Shown here one piece after another: positions 38,212-47,871 of a stretch of 64,000 nucleotides of DNA. The notes under the pieces are model-generated. The model ran no database searches. It was not told where the DNA came from and was given only the letters and a program-made list of their open reading frames with translations. This DNA comes from Candidatus Curtissbacteria bacterium. Its GTDB lineage: Bacteria > Patescibacteriota > Microgenomatia > Curtissbacterales > GWA2-41-24. Position numbers and translations under genes: made by a program. The stretch lies in NCBI GenBank assembly GCA_030647775.1, contig JAUSJC010000010.1:136718-200717 (forward strand). Direction: 5' to 3'. Each line of letters begins with the position of its first letter. Within the stretch, counting starts at the first letter, position 1.

Positions 38212-39678
38212 ATGTTTGACACAAGACAAAAACCTCGTGATAGGCAAAAGGTAGTAGTATCTGTTGGATCACGTTCACTGTCCCAGGGCGATCAGGGCGC
38301 GCGCGAGGTCATTCAAGATGCTCGTGATGAGGCTTTCAAAATCAAGAAAGCTGCAGAAGAAGAAGCAAGGATTATTCGTGAAGAATCCTTGGAAATCGAA
38401 AAAAGAATCGCCCAGAAAGAGGATTCACTCGACCAAAAATCTTCCCAAATCACAAGACAAGAAAAGGAATTAGAAGAAACCATTACCACCTACAAGAAGC
38501 GGGACGTGGAACTTTCCAAAGTTAGAGAGGATCTCGTTAGAAAACTAGGAAAAATCTCGTCTCTGACCTCAGAAGAAGCCAAGAAATTGATCCTTGAAAA
38601 TTTAGACGGGGAGCTAAAAAGCGAAAAAGCCAAAAGGATCAAAGAGGCAGAAGAAGAAATTAAAGCAACGGCCCAGGAAAAAGGCCGTGAAATTTTAGTA
38701 AATTCCATGGTCGCCGGCGCCACAGACTGGGTTGCCGAGTATACTGTCTCCACGGTCAAGTTAGATTCGGAAGATATCAAAGGAAGAATCATCGGCAAGG
38801 AAGGCAGAAATATCAGGTCATTTGAACTGGCTACCGGCGTCGACGTAGACCTGGATAGTGATGTAGCCGGTGAGGTCCGCCTTTCTTCATTTGATGCGAT
38901 CCGCCGTGAAATTGCCAAAATTGCTTTGCAGTGGCTTGTTAAAGACGCCAGAATCCAGCCAACCAGAATTGAGCAGTTAGTAGAAAAAGCAAAAGAACTT
39001 ATCGAGAAAGATATGTCAGAAGCGGGTGCCAAAGCGGCCCATGAACTGGGTCTTTATAATCTGCCCCAGGAAGCATTGGATAGGCTTGGCCGTCTTAAAT
39101 TCCGTTATTCTTATGGCCAGAATCAATTAATTGCCTCCCTTGAAACCGGGAAGATTGCCAAAAAAATAGCCCAAGAAGTCGGGGCAGATCCAATTATCTG
39201 CGCTACCGGCGGCCTTTTCCATGATATTGGTAAGACCGAGATGGAAAAAGAAGGGACCCATGTAGAGTTGGGGGTGGAACTGGCCAAAAAATGGGGATTT
39301 CCGCAGGCAGTTATTAATTGTATTGCCCAACATCACGAAGACGAACCGTTTTCAGCTATCGAATCAATTGTCGTTCATTTAGGCGATGCCATTTCCGGTG
39401 CCAGGCCGGGCGCCCGCCATGAAGCGGTTGAAGATTACATCAAAAGGCTGACCGATATTGAAAACATCGCCGCATCTTTCACGGGTGTGGATAAGGCCTA
39501 CGCGATACAGGCCGGGCGCGAAGTAAGAGTAATTGTTAAATCAGACGTAATTGATGATGACGGTATAGTTACTCTCTCACACGAAATCCGCCAGAGGCTT
39601 GAAAAGGAACTCACTTATCCCGGCCAAATTACGGTCACAGTTATTCGTGAAACCAGAGCCGTCGATATCGCTAAATAG
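38212..39678 (+). CDS. rny: Ribonuclease Y (KH + HD domains), no N-terminal transmembrane anchor
   Basis: Coiled-coil region; KH (IIGKEGRNIRSFELATGVDVDLD); HD (HDIGK...HHED...GARPGAR). The first 40 aa are hydrophilic. Confidence 0.9.
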   Translation: MFDTRQKPRDRQKVVVSVGSRSLSQGDQGAREVIQDARDEAFKIKKAAEEEARIIREESLEIEKRIAQKEDSLDQKSSQITRQEKELEETITTYKKRDVELSKVREDLVRKLGKISSLTSEEAKKLILENLDGELKSEKAKRIKEAEEEIKATAQEKGREILVNSMVAGATDWVAEYTVSTVKLDSEDIKGRIIGKEGRNIRSFELATGVDVDLDSDVAGEVRLSSFDAIRREIAKIALQWLVKDARIQPTRIEQLVEKAKELIEKDMSEAGAKAAHELGLYNLPQEALDRLGRLKFRYSYGQNQLIASLETGKIAKKIAQEVGADPIICATGGLFHDIGKTEMEKEGTHVELGVELAKKWGFPQAVINCIAQHHEDEPFSAIESIVVHLGDAISGARPGARHEAVEDYIKRLTDIENIAASFTGVDKAYAIQAGREVRVIVKSDVIDDDGIVTLSHEIRQRLEKELTYPGQITVTVIRETRAVDIAK

Positions 39679-39811
39679 GTCCCGAATTTACCCCAATTAT
39701 TTTTCCGAATAAATCCTAATTATACTTTGACAAAGACAGTTTTTAAGTTATAATTATGGATACCAATTTGGATAAATTCGGATAAAAAATTCGGATCAAT
39801 TAGGGTTATCA

Positions 39812-40084
39812 ATGACAAAAAACGAATTAGTAGAAAGAGTAGCTAAAAAAGTCGGCCTAACAAAAAAAACTTCCTATGAAGCTGTTAATACTGTTTTTGC
39901 CCAAATCAGGGAAGCGATGGCCAAAGGCGACAAAGTAGTAATCACAGGTTTTGGAACCTTTAAAGTAAGAACCAGGAATACCAGAGTAGGCCGAAATCCT
40001 CAAACAGGCTCATCGATCAAAATCCCCAGCCACAGGCTTGCCGGCTTCACCGCAGGCAAAACCCTCCGCAGGCTCATCAAATAG
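39812..40084 (+). CDS. hup: DNA-binding protein HU
   Basis: 90 aa. MTKNELVERVAKK...GFGTFKVRTR..RVGRNPQTG... Confidence 0.93.
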   Translation: MTKNELVERVAKKVGLTKKTSYEAVNTVFAQIREAMAKGDKVVITGFGTFKVRTRNTRVGRNPQTGSSIKIPSHRLAGFTAGKTLRRLIK

Positions 40085-40102
40085 TATATAAAGGAAGGAT
40101 CT

Positions 40103-40402
40103 TTAAGCAGCTTTCTTTTTCTTCTGACGTATGTTAAAAATGGTAACCCCAAAAGCACTGCTGTCTGGCCTTGCCAGATCAGTCATCGGTATTGGGATAT
40201 GACCACCACTAGCTTGTCTTTGAGGTCTAGAAACTACCAGAATTGTAGGTTCAAGAGATTCCCCTTCTATAACTACTTCAGAATCGGGAAGACCCGCAAT
40301 TTCGCGTCTTAAATCTGCAAGTGTAGCCTCAATAGCCTCATCAGAAGCAGAGGTTATTACAGTTTCCCCACCCAAGAACCTTTCTTTGTCGTGTTCTGGC
40401 AT
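40103..40402 (-). CDS. Hypothetical small protein (weak dodecin-like resemblance)
   Basis: 99 aa. VITSASDEAIEATLADLRREIAG...VVIEGES resembles the dodecin beta-alpha-beta-beta fold sequence only loosely. Confidence 0.4.
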   Translation of the reverse strand: MPEHDKERFLGGETVITSASDEAIEATLADLRREIAGLPDSEVVIEGESLEPTILVVSRPQRQASGGHIPIPMTDLARPDSSAFGVTIFNIRQKKKKAA

Positions 40403-40424
40403 ATTTTCTTCTTTCTAGCCCAAT

Positions 40425-40491
40425 TAGACCCGCAATCCTGAAACATAGTTTTATAATCAAATTAAAAACTATGTGAAGGACGAGGATCGCA
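40425..40491. repeat. Dispersed element TAGACCCGCA...hairpin...ACGAGGATCGCA
   Basis: Both ends match 1575-1611 (tagacccgca ... acgaggatcgca). The interior holds a 10-bp inverted repeat, acatagtttt...aaaactatgt. Confidence 0.6.
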
Positions 40492-40589
40492 AAAGGGCTT
40501 ATCTACCCTTTTATATACGCTCAAATCCACTTAAAGTCAATCTAAGATTCAACGTTTAAGATCATCCTATGGCGTGCTAAGATAATTCT

Positions 40590-40961
40590 ATGGAAAAAAG
40601 AGATGGGCTTGCCAAACACCAGGTCGTGAGCTTTAGTCACGCCTTCGATGGTATCGCTTACAACATTAAAACCCAGATCCATTTTAGGATCCATCTGGTT
40701 GCCGCTGTTCTTGTTGTTGTCCTTGGCACATTTTACAAAATTGCGCCATTTGAGTGGATAATTCTAGTAATTTTAATCACAAGCGTTATGGCGGTAGAAG
40801 CCATGAATACCGCGATCGAAGAAACCTGCAATATGATGCATCCGGAAAGCCATCCGCATGCAAGGATGGCGAAACATTGCGCCGCAGCCAGTGTTCTTAT
40901 TTTATCTATCGGTGCGGCAGTTGTCGGGTTCATAATTTTTGTTCCAAAAATCTTCGGATAA
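40590..40961 (+). CDS. dgkA: Diacylglycerol kinase / undecaprenol kinase family
   Basis: 123 aa, 3 TM helices. SFSHAFDGIAYN and NTAIEE motifs. Confidence 0.8.
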   Translation: MEKRDGLAKHQVVSFSHAFDGIAYNIKTQIHFRIHLVAAVLVVVLGTFYKIAPFEWIILVILITSVMAVEAMNTAIEETCNMMHPESHPHARMAKHCAAASVLILSIGAAVVGFIIFVPKIFG

Positions 40962-40989
40962 TTGTAATTTTGTGTTAAAATTCTCCAGA

Positions 40990-42153
40990 GTGAAAAACCC
41001 TACTTTCTTTATCAAGACTTTCGGTTGCCAGCAAAATATGGCGGATAGTCAGCGAATCGCGAGCTTCTATGTTTCCCGCGGTTATAAAATGGCAAAATCG
41101 ATAAGGTCTGCCTCCGAGATTGTCATCAATACATGCATGATCAGACAGACAGCCGAGGATAAAGTAACCGGTCTCGTTAAAAATATCACCAAAATCCGCC
41201 AGCCGGCGGAAAAACCCAAAATTGTTATAACCGGCTGCATGGTCGGAATGGCCACCCGTGACGGAACCGGTAAATACTTAAAAGACCTGCGAAAAAGGAT
41301 GCCTCAAGTAGATGAATTTTTACCATTGGAGGAAGTGGGCTTTGATTATCCGGCACTGCGACAAGATGTTACCCATTCATGGGTTCCCATTTCCAATGGT
41401 TGTAACAATTTCTGCACTTTTTGTGTCGTTCCATTCACTCGGGGTCGTGAAATTTCCAGGCCGCTTGTAGATATCATCGATGAAATCAAAGACCTTGCAA
41501 GACGCGGCGCAAAAGAAGTTACCTTACTTGGCCAAAATGTAAATTCATATGGAGCAGATCTGGTTAAAAAAAATGCACGAGGCTACAAACTTCCAAGCGG
41601 TCGTATAGTAAAACCGGTGATTGTTAAGCATCTTGGCCGTTTTCGCATCCCAACTCTTTTCCCATATCTTCTGGAGGAGGTTTGTAAAATTAAAAGCATA
41701 AAAACCGTAAAATTCATATCATCTAACCCCTGGGATTTTTCCGATAAGCTCATTGATGTTATCGCTCAAAACCCGAAAATCGATAGGAACATACATCTAG
41801 CCGTTCAATCAGGCAACGATACAGTTTTAAAAAGGATGAACAGATGGTACAGAGCCAAAGAGTATTTAAATTTAGTCAACAAAATCAAATCTAAAATTAA
41901 AGGGGCCCAAATTTCAACGGATATTATTGTCGGTTTTCCTGGTGAAACTGAAGAGCAATTCCAAAGTACTATTAAACTGGCAAAGTCTGCCGATTTTGCA
42001 TATGGTTATGTTTCTAAATATTCCTCAAGGCCAAATACTGCGGCGACCAAAGCATTAGGGGACGATGTTTCTCACAAAGAAAAAGACCGCCGTTTCGAGA
42101 TTCTAGACAAATTGATTAATCACAAAGGTACAATCCGTACCGCCGTCCATTAA
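40990..42153 (+). CDS. miaB: Radical-SAM methylthiotransferase, MiaB-like, lacking a C-terminal TRAM domain
   Basis: FIKTFGCQQN MTTase N-domain; radical-SAM CNNFCTFC; about 388 aa from GTG 40990. ATG 40939 is an alternative start. Confidence 0.85.
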   Translation: MKNPTFFIKTFGCQQNMADSQRIASFYVSRGYKMAKSIRSASEIVINTCMIRQTAEDKVTGLVKNITKIRQPAEKPKIVITGCMVGMATRDGTGKYLKDLRKRMPQVDEFLPLEEVGFDYPALRQDVTHSWVPISNGCNNFCTFCVVPFTRGREISRPLVDIIDEIKDLARRGAKEVTLLGQNVNSYGADLVKKNARGYKLPSGRIVKPVIVKHLGRFRIPTLFPYLLEEVCKIKSIKTVKFISSNPWDFSDKLIDVIAQNPKIDRNIHLAVQSGNDTVLKRMNRWYRAKEYLNLVNKIKSKIKGAQISTDIIVGFPGETEEQFQSTIKLAKSADFAYGYVSKYSSRPNTAATKALGDDVSHKEKDRRFEILDKLINHKGTIRTAVH

Positions 42154-42162
42154 CCAAAATTA

Positions 42163-43428
42163 CTACTTCCAGGTTTTAAACCACATGTACTGACCAATCG
42201 ATGAAGTTTTTATTGGCAATCCGGATGTAATTGGATAAAAATAAAAGAAAGTTACAGCAAAAATGGCAATAATTACAATAACTGCAAGCCGATTTCTTTT
42301 CCATAACTTTGAAAGTAGAAGACCAATCGCAATAGAAAGAAAGGGGATCGACGGCAGGTAGTGGTACATAAAAAGTATCCTTGGTGCAAAAATCCAAGGC
42401 ACCCAGAAGATAAAATAGCCTAGTAGAACCAAGATCAGCTCTTTTTGCGGTTTCACCATCAAACTTCGCAAAAGATAAATGATTGCCGCGATTCCGAACC
42501 AATAAATTAGCGGATTGCCAAGCGCATAAATATATCCGGCTTTTTGTCCGTATTGCTCGTACGAAAAATATATAGGCCGGGCGTCCAATATCCACGGACA
42601 AAAAGTTTTGGCTCCTTCCAAACCGCTTGGAGCGCAATAAATTGCAGTTGTTCCGTACGGATGTTTTAAATCATGTCGATTCTGGTACCACCATATTTGT
42701 TTATGCAAATTTATAAAATCCTGGACATTGTGGCCTTGCAGCCAGAATTGTCCATACGAAGAGACGTAAATCAAAAGAGGCAATATCAATAGAAGCAAAT
42801 TATTTTTTTTAAATATGCCCGTCTTCAAATCCATAAAGAAGATATAAATAAAAATAGTAACAATTGCATAAATGCCCGACCACTTAGAGGCAACAGCCAG
42901 CCCTAAAAAAACAGAGGTTGCCAGCAAATATTTAAATTTGCGTCGCTTGACATAAAGTGAGGTAAATATGAATGCGGAAATGGTAAAAAAAGTCAAGAAT
43001 ATATCGTTCATGGCAATCCTTGACATCACCAAAGTTAGATTTTCAAAGGCTATAACAAATGCCACAAAAATCGCCGCTGTTCGTCCAAAAACTAAATACG
43101 CAAGTATGAATGTCGCCGGAATAATTGCCGTCCCAAAAATTGCGCTTGGTAGTCGCCATCCAGTCGGATTATCGCCAATAATTTTTATTGATCCTGCCTG
43201 AATTAATTTGGCAAGTGGCGGATGTAGCCAGTCGAAAGCTGTTTTTTCTTCCGGTGGAGGTGAAAACGGGTCATAAGCAGCGGGATTATTGGCGGCATAC
43301 GCCCTGGCTGTAACAACATGGTAAACCTCATCAAAATAATAATGATTTGGTTCGGATAACCTGTAAAGCCGGATTAAAAGCGAAAAGGAAGTAATAACAA
43401 TTAGAAAAATGAAGAGTTTCCTACTCAT
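42163..43428 (-). CDS. GT39/PMT-family (GT-C) glycosyltransferase
   Basis: 421 aa polytopic protein. YYFDEVYH and WLHPPL motifs are typical of dolichyl-phosphate-mannose protein mannosyltransferase-like enzymes. Confidence 0.8.
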   Translation of the reverse strand: MSRKLFIFLIVITSFSLLIRLYRLSEPNHYYFDEVYHVVTARAYAANNPAAYDPFSPPPEEKTAFDWLHPPLAKLIQAGSIKIIGDNPTGWRLPSAIFGTAIIPATFILAYLVFGRTAAIFVAFVIAFENLTLVMSRIAMNDIFLTFFTISAFIFTSLYVKRRKFKYLLATSVFLGLAVASKWSGIYAIVTIFIYIFFMDLKTGIFKKNNLLLLILPLLIYVSSYGQFWLQGHNVQDFINLHKQIWWYQNRHDLKHPYGTTAIYCAPSGLEGAKTFCPWILDARPIYFSYEQYGQKAGYIYALGNPLIYWFGIAAIIYLLRSLMVKPQKELILVLLGYFIFWVPWIFAPRILFMYHYLPSIPFLSIAIGLLLSKLWKRNRLAVIVIIAIFAVTFFYFYPITSGLPIKTSSIGQYMWFKTWK

Positions 43429-43449
43429 ATTAGAAGTATATATAATAAA

Positions 43450-45099
43450 TTGCAGATGTCTAGATCAGAGAAGTTATATTTTTTACTAACCTTTGGCATT
43501 TTCGGCTTCCTTTATTTTCACATGAGTCAAAATATGCTCCAGATAAAACCGGACGGGTGGTATGTAGGTCACATTAACCTCTACGGCGATTTAGTTTTTC
43601 ACCTGACCCTAATTAATAAATTTCTATCGTCAAATAAATTCGTCATCGACAACCCGATTATGGCTGGGACCAAAGTGGGTTATCCAATACTTGCCGATTT
43701 AATAACTGCTCAAATTGCCAGAGTTACGAATTTAAGTTTCGCCCTATTTATAACGACTTTTTCGATCGGGCTTCTCGGGATTTACACGGCCAGACTTTTT
43801 ATTAAAAATTTCTTTAAAAATGAAAAAATAGTTTTTCTTTCTCTTTTATTATTTTTTGTTAATGGCGGATTTGGATTTTATTATTTCTTTCAGGATCTAT
43901 TTTTTTCACAAAAACCGCTTCTTAAATTTCTTACGAGTTTGCCGCGTCAATATACCGATATCAAAGAGAACGGTTACTGGTGGATCAATACTTATTTGGC
44001 ATATTTTTTGCCCCAAAGATCCTTCCTTTTCGTTTTCCCACTCACTTTAGTAGTTTTAATTCTTTTGTATAGGGGAGCAAAGGCAAATCGGAGAAAATAT
44101 TTTTTCCTTGCCGGGCTTCTTTCGGGAGTTTTACCACTGGTGCAAGCACATAGCTTGTTCTTTGTATTTTTAATCTCACTCATGGTTTGCCCGCTTTCTA
44201 TTCTTAAGTCTAAGAACCAAAAAGCAATGCTTGGGAATTGGCTCATTTTTGCACTGATTACCGCATTTTTGTCTGTACCAATCTTGACGGCGATTGCGCC
44301 TTCTCAAAACTTTTTACATTTCATAGCGTATAAACCGGGCTGGACCGCTGGAGAAAACATTATTTGGTTTTGGCTAAAAAATCTTGGGTTATTTGCTCCG
44401 ATGCTTGTTATTTCGCTTATATGGCTCTTCAAAAAAAATAAAAATCTTTTCTATATCTATTTACCATTCCTTGCCGTTTTTATACTTTCAAACATTTTCA
44501 TCTTCCAGCCCTGGGATTTTGATAACAGCAAACTTTTAGTTTACTGGTTTTTTGCATCTTGCATTGTCGTTGCCTATTTTCTCTATGACCAATTTTTCCT
44601 GGAAACTTTTTTTAAAAAAATCGCAGGGGTCGTTATTGTGTTTTTAATGATTTTTGCCGGTTCTATTGATATATTCCGAACCTTTACACCGGCCACAAAT
44701 TATAGAATTTTTTCAAATCAGGATCTTGAAGTGGCGGACAATATCAAAAAGGCTACTTCCAAAGATTCTATATTTGTTACGGCCTCAAACCATAATAACC
44801 CAATTGCCGCCATAAGCGGCAGGTCAATCTTTTTAGGATTTGCAGGCTGGCTTTGGAGTCATGGAGTTGACTATAGCCAAAGAGAAAAAGACGTCCGCCT
44901 AATTTATTTAGGCGGACAAGAGTCAGAGTCTTTAATAAAACAATACGGAATAAATTATGTTACCATTGGCCCACAAGAAAGGGCACAGTTTTCAATAAAT
45001 GAAAGTTACTTCCAAAAATACCCAAGTCTCACCCCGGGCGAAGGTTGGCAAATTATCGATGTTAGTAGTATTTGGACCAACGTCGACAGGCAAAACTAA
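43450..45099 (+). CDS. Polytopic membrane protein, possibly a second GT-C-type glycosyltransferase
   Basis: 549 aa with about 12 predicted TM segments. It is divergent from the GT39 gene. No confident family. Confidence 0.5.
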   Translation: MQMSRSEKLYFLLTFGIFGFLYFHMSQNMLQIKPDGWYVGHINLYGDLVFHLTLINKFLSSNKFVIDNPIMAGTKVGYPILADLITAQIARVTNLSFALFITTFSIGLLGIYTARLFIKNFFKNEKIVFLSLLLFFVNGGFGFYYFFQDLFFSQKPLLKFLTSLPRQYTDIKENGYWWINTYLAYFLPQRSFLFVFPLTLVVLILLYRGAKANRRKYFFLAGLLSGVLPLVQAHSLFFVFLISLMVCPLSILKSKNQKAMLGNWLIFALITAFLSVPILTAIAPSQNFLHFIAYKPGWTAGENIIWFWLKNLGLFAPMLVISLIWLFKKNKNLFYIYLPFLAVFILSNIFIFQPWDFDNSKLLVYWFFASCIVVAYFLYDQFFLETFFKKIAGVVIVFLMIFAGSIDIFRTFTPATNYRIFSNQDLEVADNIKKATSKDSIFVTASNHNNPIAAISGRSIFLGFAGWLWSHGVDYSQREKDVRLIYLGGQESESLIKQYGINYVTIGPQERAQFSINESYFQKYPSLTPGEGWQIIDVSSIWTNVDRQN

Positions 45100-45997
45100 T
45101 CTGGCAATTTCTCTTGCTAAAAAATTTAACGGTGAGTTAATTTCTGCCGATTCCCGCCAGGTTTACAAAAATCTCGATATTGGAACCGGCAAAGTAAGCC
45201 CCGAATCAAAAATAAAAAAGCACAGTAAGTATTGGAAAGTAGACGGGATAAAAATTCACGGCTTTGACTTAGTAGAACCTGGCGATTGTTTCACGGTTTT
45301 TGATTTCCTAAAATTCGCAACCGACAAAATCAACGATTTAAAAAAACAACAAAAACTGCCAATAATTGTTGGGGGTACTGCCTTTTACATAAATGCTCTA
45401 TTAAAAGGGGTAGATACAGAAGGTATCGCTCCAAATTATAAACTAAGGTCAGTTCTGGAAAAGCTAAGCATACCGGACCTTTACAAAAAGCTTCTAAATA
45501 TTAATCCACAAAAAGCTACCTCTTTGAATCAGTCAGATAAAAATAACCCTAGGCGCTTGATAAGGGCAATCGAAATAAATCTTTCCAAAGTAAATCAGCA
45601 CAAGAGCCCCAGGCCAATTACGGAGCGGCTGTTAACAGTGGGCTTAACTGCCCCCAACGATTATCTCTATACAACCGCCGACAAGTGGCTCAAGGCAAGA
45701 TTAGACCAGGGCATGATCCAGGAGGTCGGGAGTCTGATTAAAAGTGGTGTAAACGGGGTTTGGCTGGATAATCTAGGTTTAGAATATCGGTGGATTACCA
45801 GATACATACAAGGGCAGATCAGCTTAGATGATGCGTTGGAAAGATTAAAGGGCGATATTCATGGTCTGATAAGGAGACAAAAAACCTGGTTTCCGAAATT
45901 CGAAGATATGAAAGTCTTCGACATAACAAATAGTAACTGGAGACAAGAATTAGAAAAAACCATCTCTCTCCAGGATTTGCCAATATCTCACTCCTGA
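45059..45997 (+). CDS. miaA: tRNA dimethylallyltransferase
   Basis: The conserved start MLVVFGPTSTGKT (P-loop) is at ATG 45059. It overlaps the upstream membrane-protein ORF by 41 nt. Confidence 0.9.
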   Translation: MLVVFGPTSTGKTNLAISLAKKFNGELISADSRQVYKNLDIGTGKVSPESKIKKHSKYWKVDGIKIHGFDLVEPGDCFTVFDFLKFATDKINDLKKQQKLPIIVGGTAFYINALLKGVDTEGIAPNYKLRSVLEKLSIPDLYKKLLNINPQKATSLNQSDKNNPRRLIRAIEINLSKVNQHKSPRPITERLLTVGLTAPNDYLYTTADKWLKARLDQGMIQEVGSLIKSGVNGVWLDNLGLEYRWITRYIQGQISLDDALERLKGDIHGLIRRQKTWFPKFEDMKVFDITNSNWRQELEKTISLQDLPISHS

Positions 45998-46012
45998 GAT
46001 ATACTCGTTCCA

Positions 46013-47029
46013 GTGGATAAAAACAACACGCCTCTCAGAATAGAAATCTCTTATAAAACTATAGTTTTTATTGCTCTTTTTGGCATAGGTCTATGGTTGC
46101 TAATACAGATCAAATCAATTATTATACTAGTTTTTCTAGGCCTCATATTAATTTCGGCTCTTCTAAAACCTGTTGAATGGCTCAGCGCCAGAAAAGTCCC
46201 AAGACCGCTAGCTGTACTTATTATTTATATTTCACTAATAGCAATAATCTCGTTTGTGATTGGAATTATTATTCCGCCACTTGTCTCTCAAACATCCCAA
46301 TTCGTTTCAGACTTACCCAAAATAATTTCCTCAATAAATGATTTTATCGTTTTTAATAAAATACCGGTAGACGATGTATCTAAGGTTATATCCGGACAAA
46401 TTAATCAAGTAGCCAGTAATGCAGTATATATCTCGACCGCGATCTTTTCGAGTATATTTTTCCTTCTGATGCTTATAGTATTGAGTTTTTATCTTCTTTT
46501 AGACTGGAAAACATTTGTGAAGTTAATCTCGTCACCTTTTTCTGGAAGACAAGAGACTAGAGTAGTAGATTTAATTTCAAAAATTGAAAGAGGTTTAGGT
46601 GTATGGGTAAGAGGACAACTTACACTTTCACTACTCGTGGGTGTACTCACTTATATTGGCCTAACAATTTTAGGAATACCCTTTGCCATTCCACTGGCGC
46701 TAGTTGCTGGAATTATGGAAATAATCCCAATCATCGGGCCAATCGTCTCCGCAGTCCCAGCGCTTTTAGTTGGCCTAACGATCAGTCCGGTAATGAGCTT
46801 GGCAGTTATTGCGCTGTTTTTTATCATTCAACAGCTTGAGAACCATTTAATAGTTCCTATGGTCATGTCCAAAGTAGTCGGTCTTCAGCCGGCCGCCGTA
46901 ATAATTGCGCTTTTGATCGGAGCTAAATTAGACGGCATAGGTGGAGCATTTCTGGCTATCCCGGTAGTTCTTGTCATTAAAATTATTATTAAAGATTTTA
47001 TAGCCGAAGGAAAGATCGAGAATAAATAG
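46013..47029 (+). CDS. AI-2E family transporter (PerM/UPF0118)
   Basis: 338 aa, 8 TM helices. ...IPFAIPLALVAGIMEIIPIIGPIVSAVPALLVGL. Confidence 0.85.
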   Translation: MDKNNTPLRIEISYKTIVFIALFGIGLWLLIQIKSIIILVFLGLILISALLKPVEWLSARKVPRPLAVLIIYISLIAIISFVIGIIIPPLVSQTSQFVSDLPKIISSINDFIVFNKIPVDDVSKVISGQINQVASNAVYISTAIFSSIFFLLMLIVLSFYLLLDWKTFVKLISSPFSGRQETRVVDLISKIERGLGVWVRGQLTLSLLVGVLTYIGLTILGIPFAIPLALVAGIMEIIPIIGPIVSAVPALLVGLTISPVMSLAVIALFFIIQQLENHLIVPMVMSKVVGLQPAAVIIALLIGAKLDGIGGAFLAIPVVLVIKIIIKDFIAEGKIENK

Positions 47030-47030
47030 A

Positions 47031-47481
47031 CTTTTAGGAAGAGAGTAAGCCAGATTCTGTTTGGAACAGATCTGTCTTGCGATAGTTCCATCCTTACGGA
47101 TGTAGTACCTATCTAAAGCCAGATTCTGTTTTAGCAATCATCTATCTCTAAACGATATTTATCATCTAGTCAGCGTTTTAAGCTGATGCCCCTATTTAGA
47201 ACCTCCCCAAAGCTTGGTAGTAACGGTTCTGTTCTGGGTTGCAGCAGGGAGGATTGCCAGCGTTTCACTCGTCAGTCTTATCTTTCGATTTAGACTGTCG
47301 CTCGTCTCTGTGGCTCTCAAGTTCTGTTAACTCAGAACCCGTCCAAATCAATTTCTCAATTCGGCACTAGCGCTTTTACACGTCGGAACTTACGTTCCAT
47401 CCCTTGCTTTGTGCTGTCTGGACTTTCCTCCCCGCCTAAATATTCAATTTTTGGCGGGGCGATTGCCCTTCTTCCTAAAAG
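47031..47481 (-). ncRNA. rnpB: RNase P RNA
   Basis: The minus strand carries GGGCAAUCGCC (P2), ccccgcc...ggcgggg (P3), GGAGGAAAGUCCAGAC (P4 5' strand) and ACAGAAUCUGGCUUA (P4 3' strand). P1 is a 12-bp pairing of 47470-47481 with 47031-47042. An AGAUAGAUGAUUGC block resembles type-B RNAs. Confidence 0.8.
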
Positions 47482-47489
47482 CGAAACGA

Positions 47490-47518
47490 ATTATACTAAA
47501 AATTGCCATATTTTTCAA
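47490..47518 (-). promoter_or_regulatory. Sigma70-like promoter for rnpB
   Basis: Minus strand: TTGAAA (47513-47518), 17-nt spacer, TATAAT (47490-47495). The predicted start site is about 47483. Confidence 0.5.
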
Positions 47519-47871
47519 TTTCCCTCATTAAAAGATTGAGCATAATTATTGATAGGGAATGCAGGAATGTTGTATCTTATAGTCAACTGCCCCACTTATG
47601 GCTGTTGAAGGACAAGGATCTAAACCTGAATTTGATCCGAAGACTACTGCGGATCATGTAAAAGCAGACGCTCCCCTTGCGTCGTCATTAGTGGAGTACT
47701 GTTGGCTCCCAACGATCTTCGACCGATTTCTAAGCAAGTGATAGACGCGATTAGGTTACACAAAAGTTAAATTTTAATACTACCCTTTCGAGTAAATCTC
47801 AATACTGATATATCGTCCCCGGATTATTGCTTAAATAGAAAAAAGCGCTTGGCTGTTGTATCATTACCAAA

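Noticed and set aside
40403-40589. A 10-bp inverted repeat (acatagtttt...aaaactatgt) as a dedicated operator for the divergent hypothetical gene and dgkA.
   Set aside because: It lies inside a copy of the dispersed TAGACCCGCA...ACGAGGATCGCA element, so it is more likely part of that repeat than a gene-specific operator.
47519-47871. Purine riboswitch, ZTP (pfl) riboswitch or tmRNA in the purL leader.
   Set aside because: I could not find the purine-riboswitch core (UAUA...GUUUCUACC) or the ZTP pseudoknot core (CCGACCGCCUGGGC). There is no tRNA-like 3' end (GGTTCRANTCC...CCA) and no ALAA-type tag frame. Left as unassigned leader.
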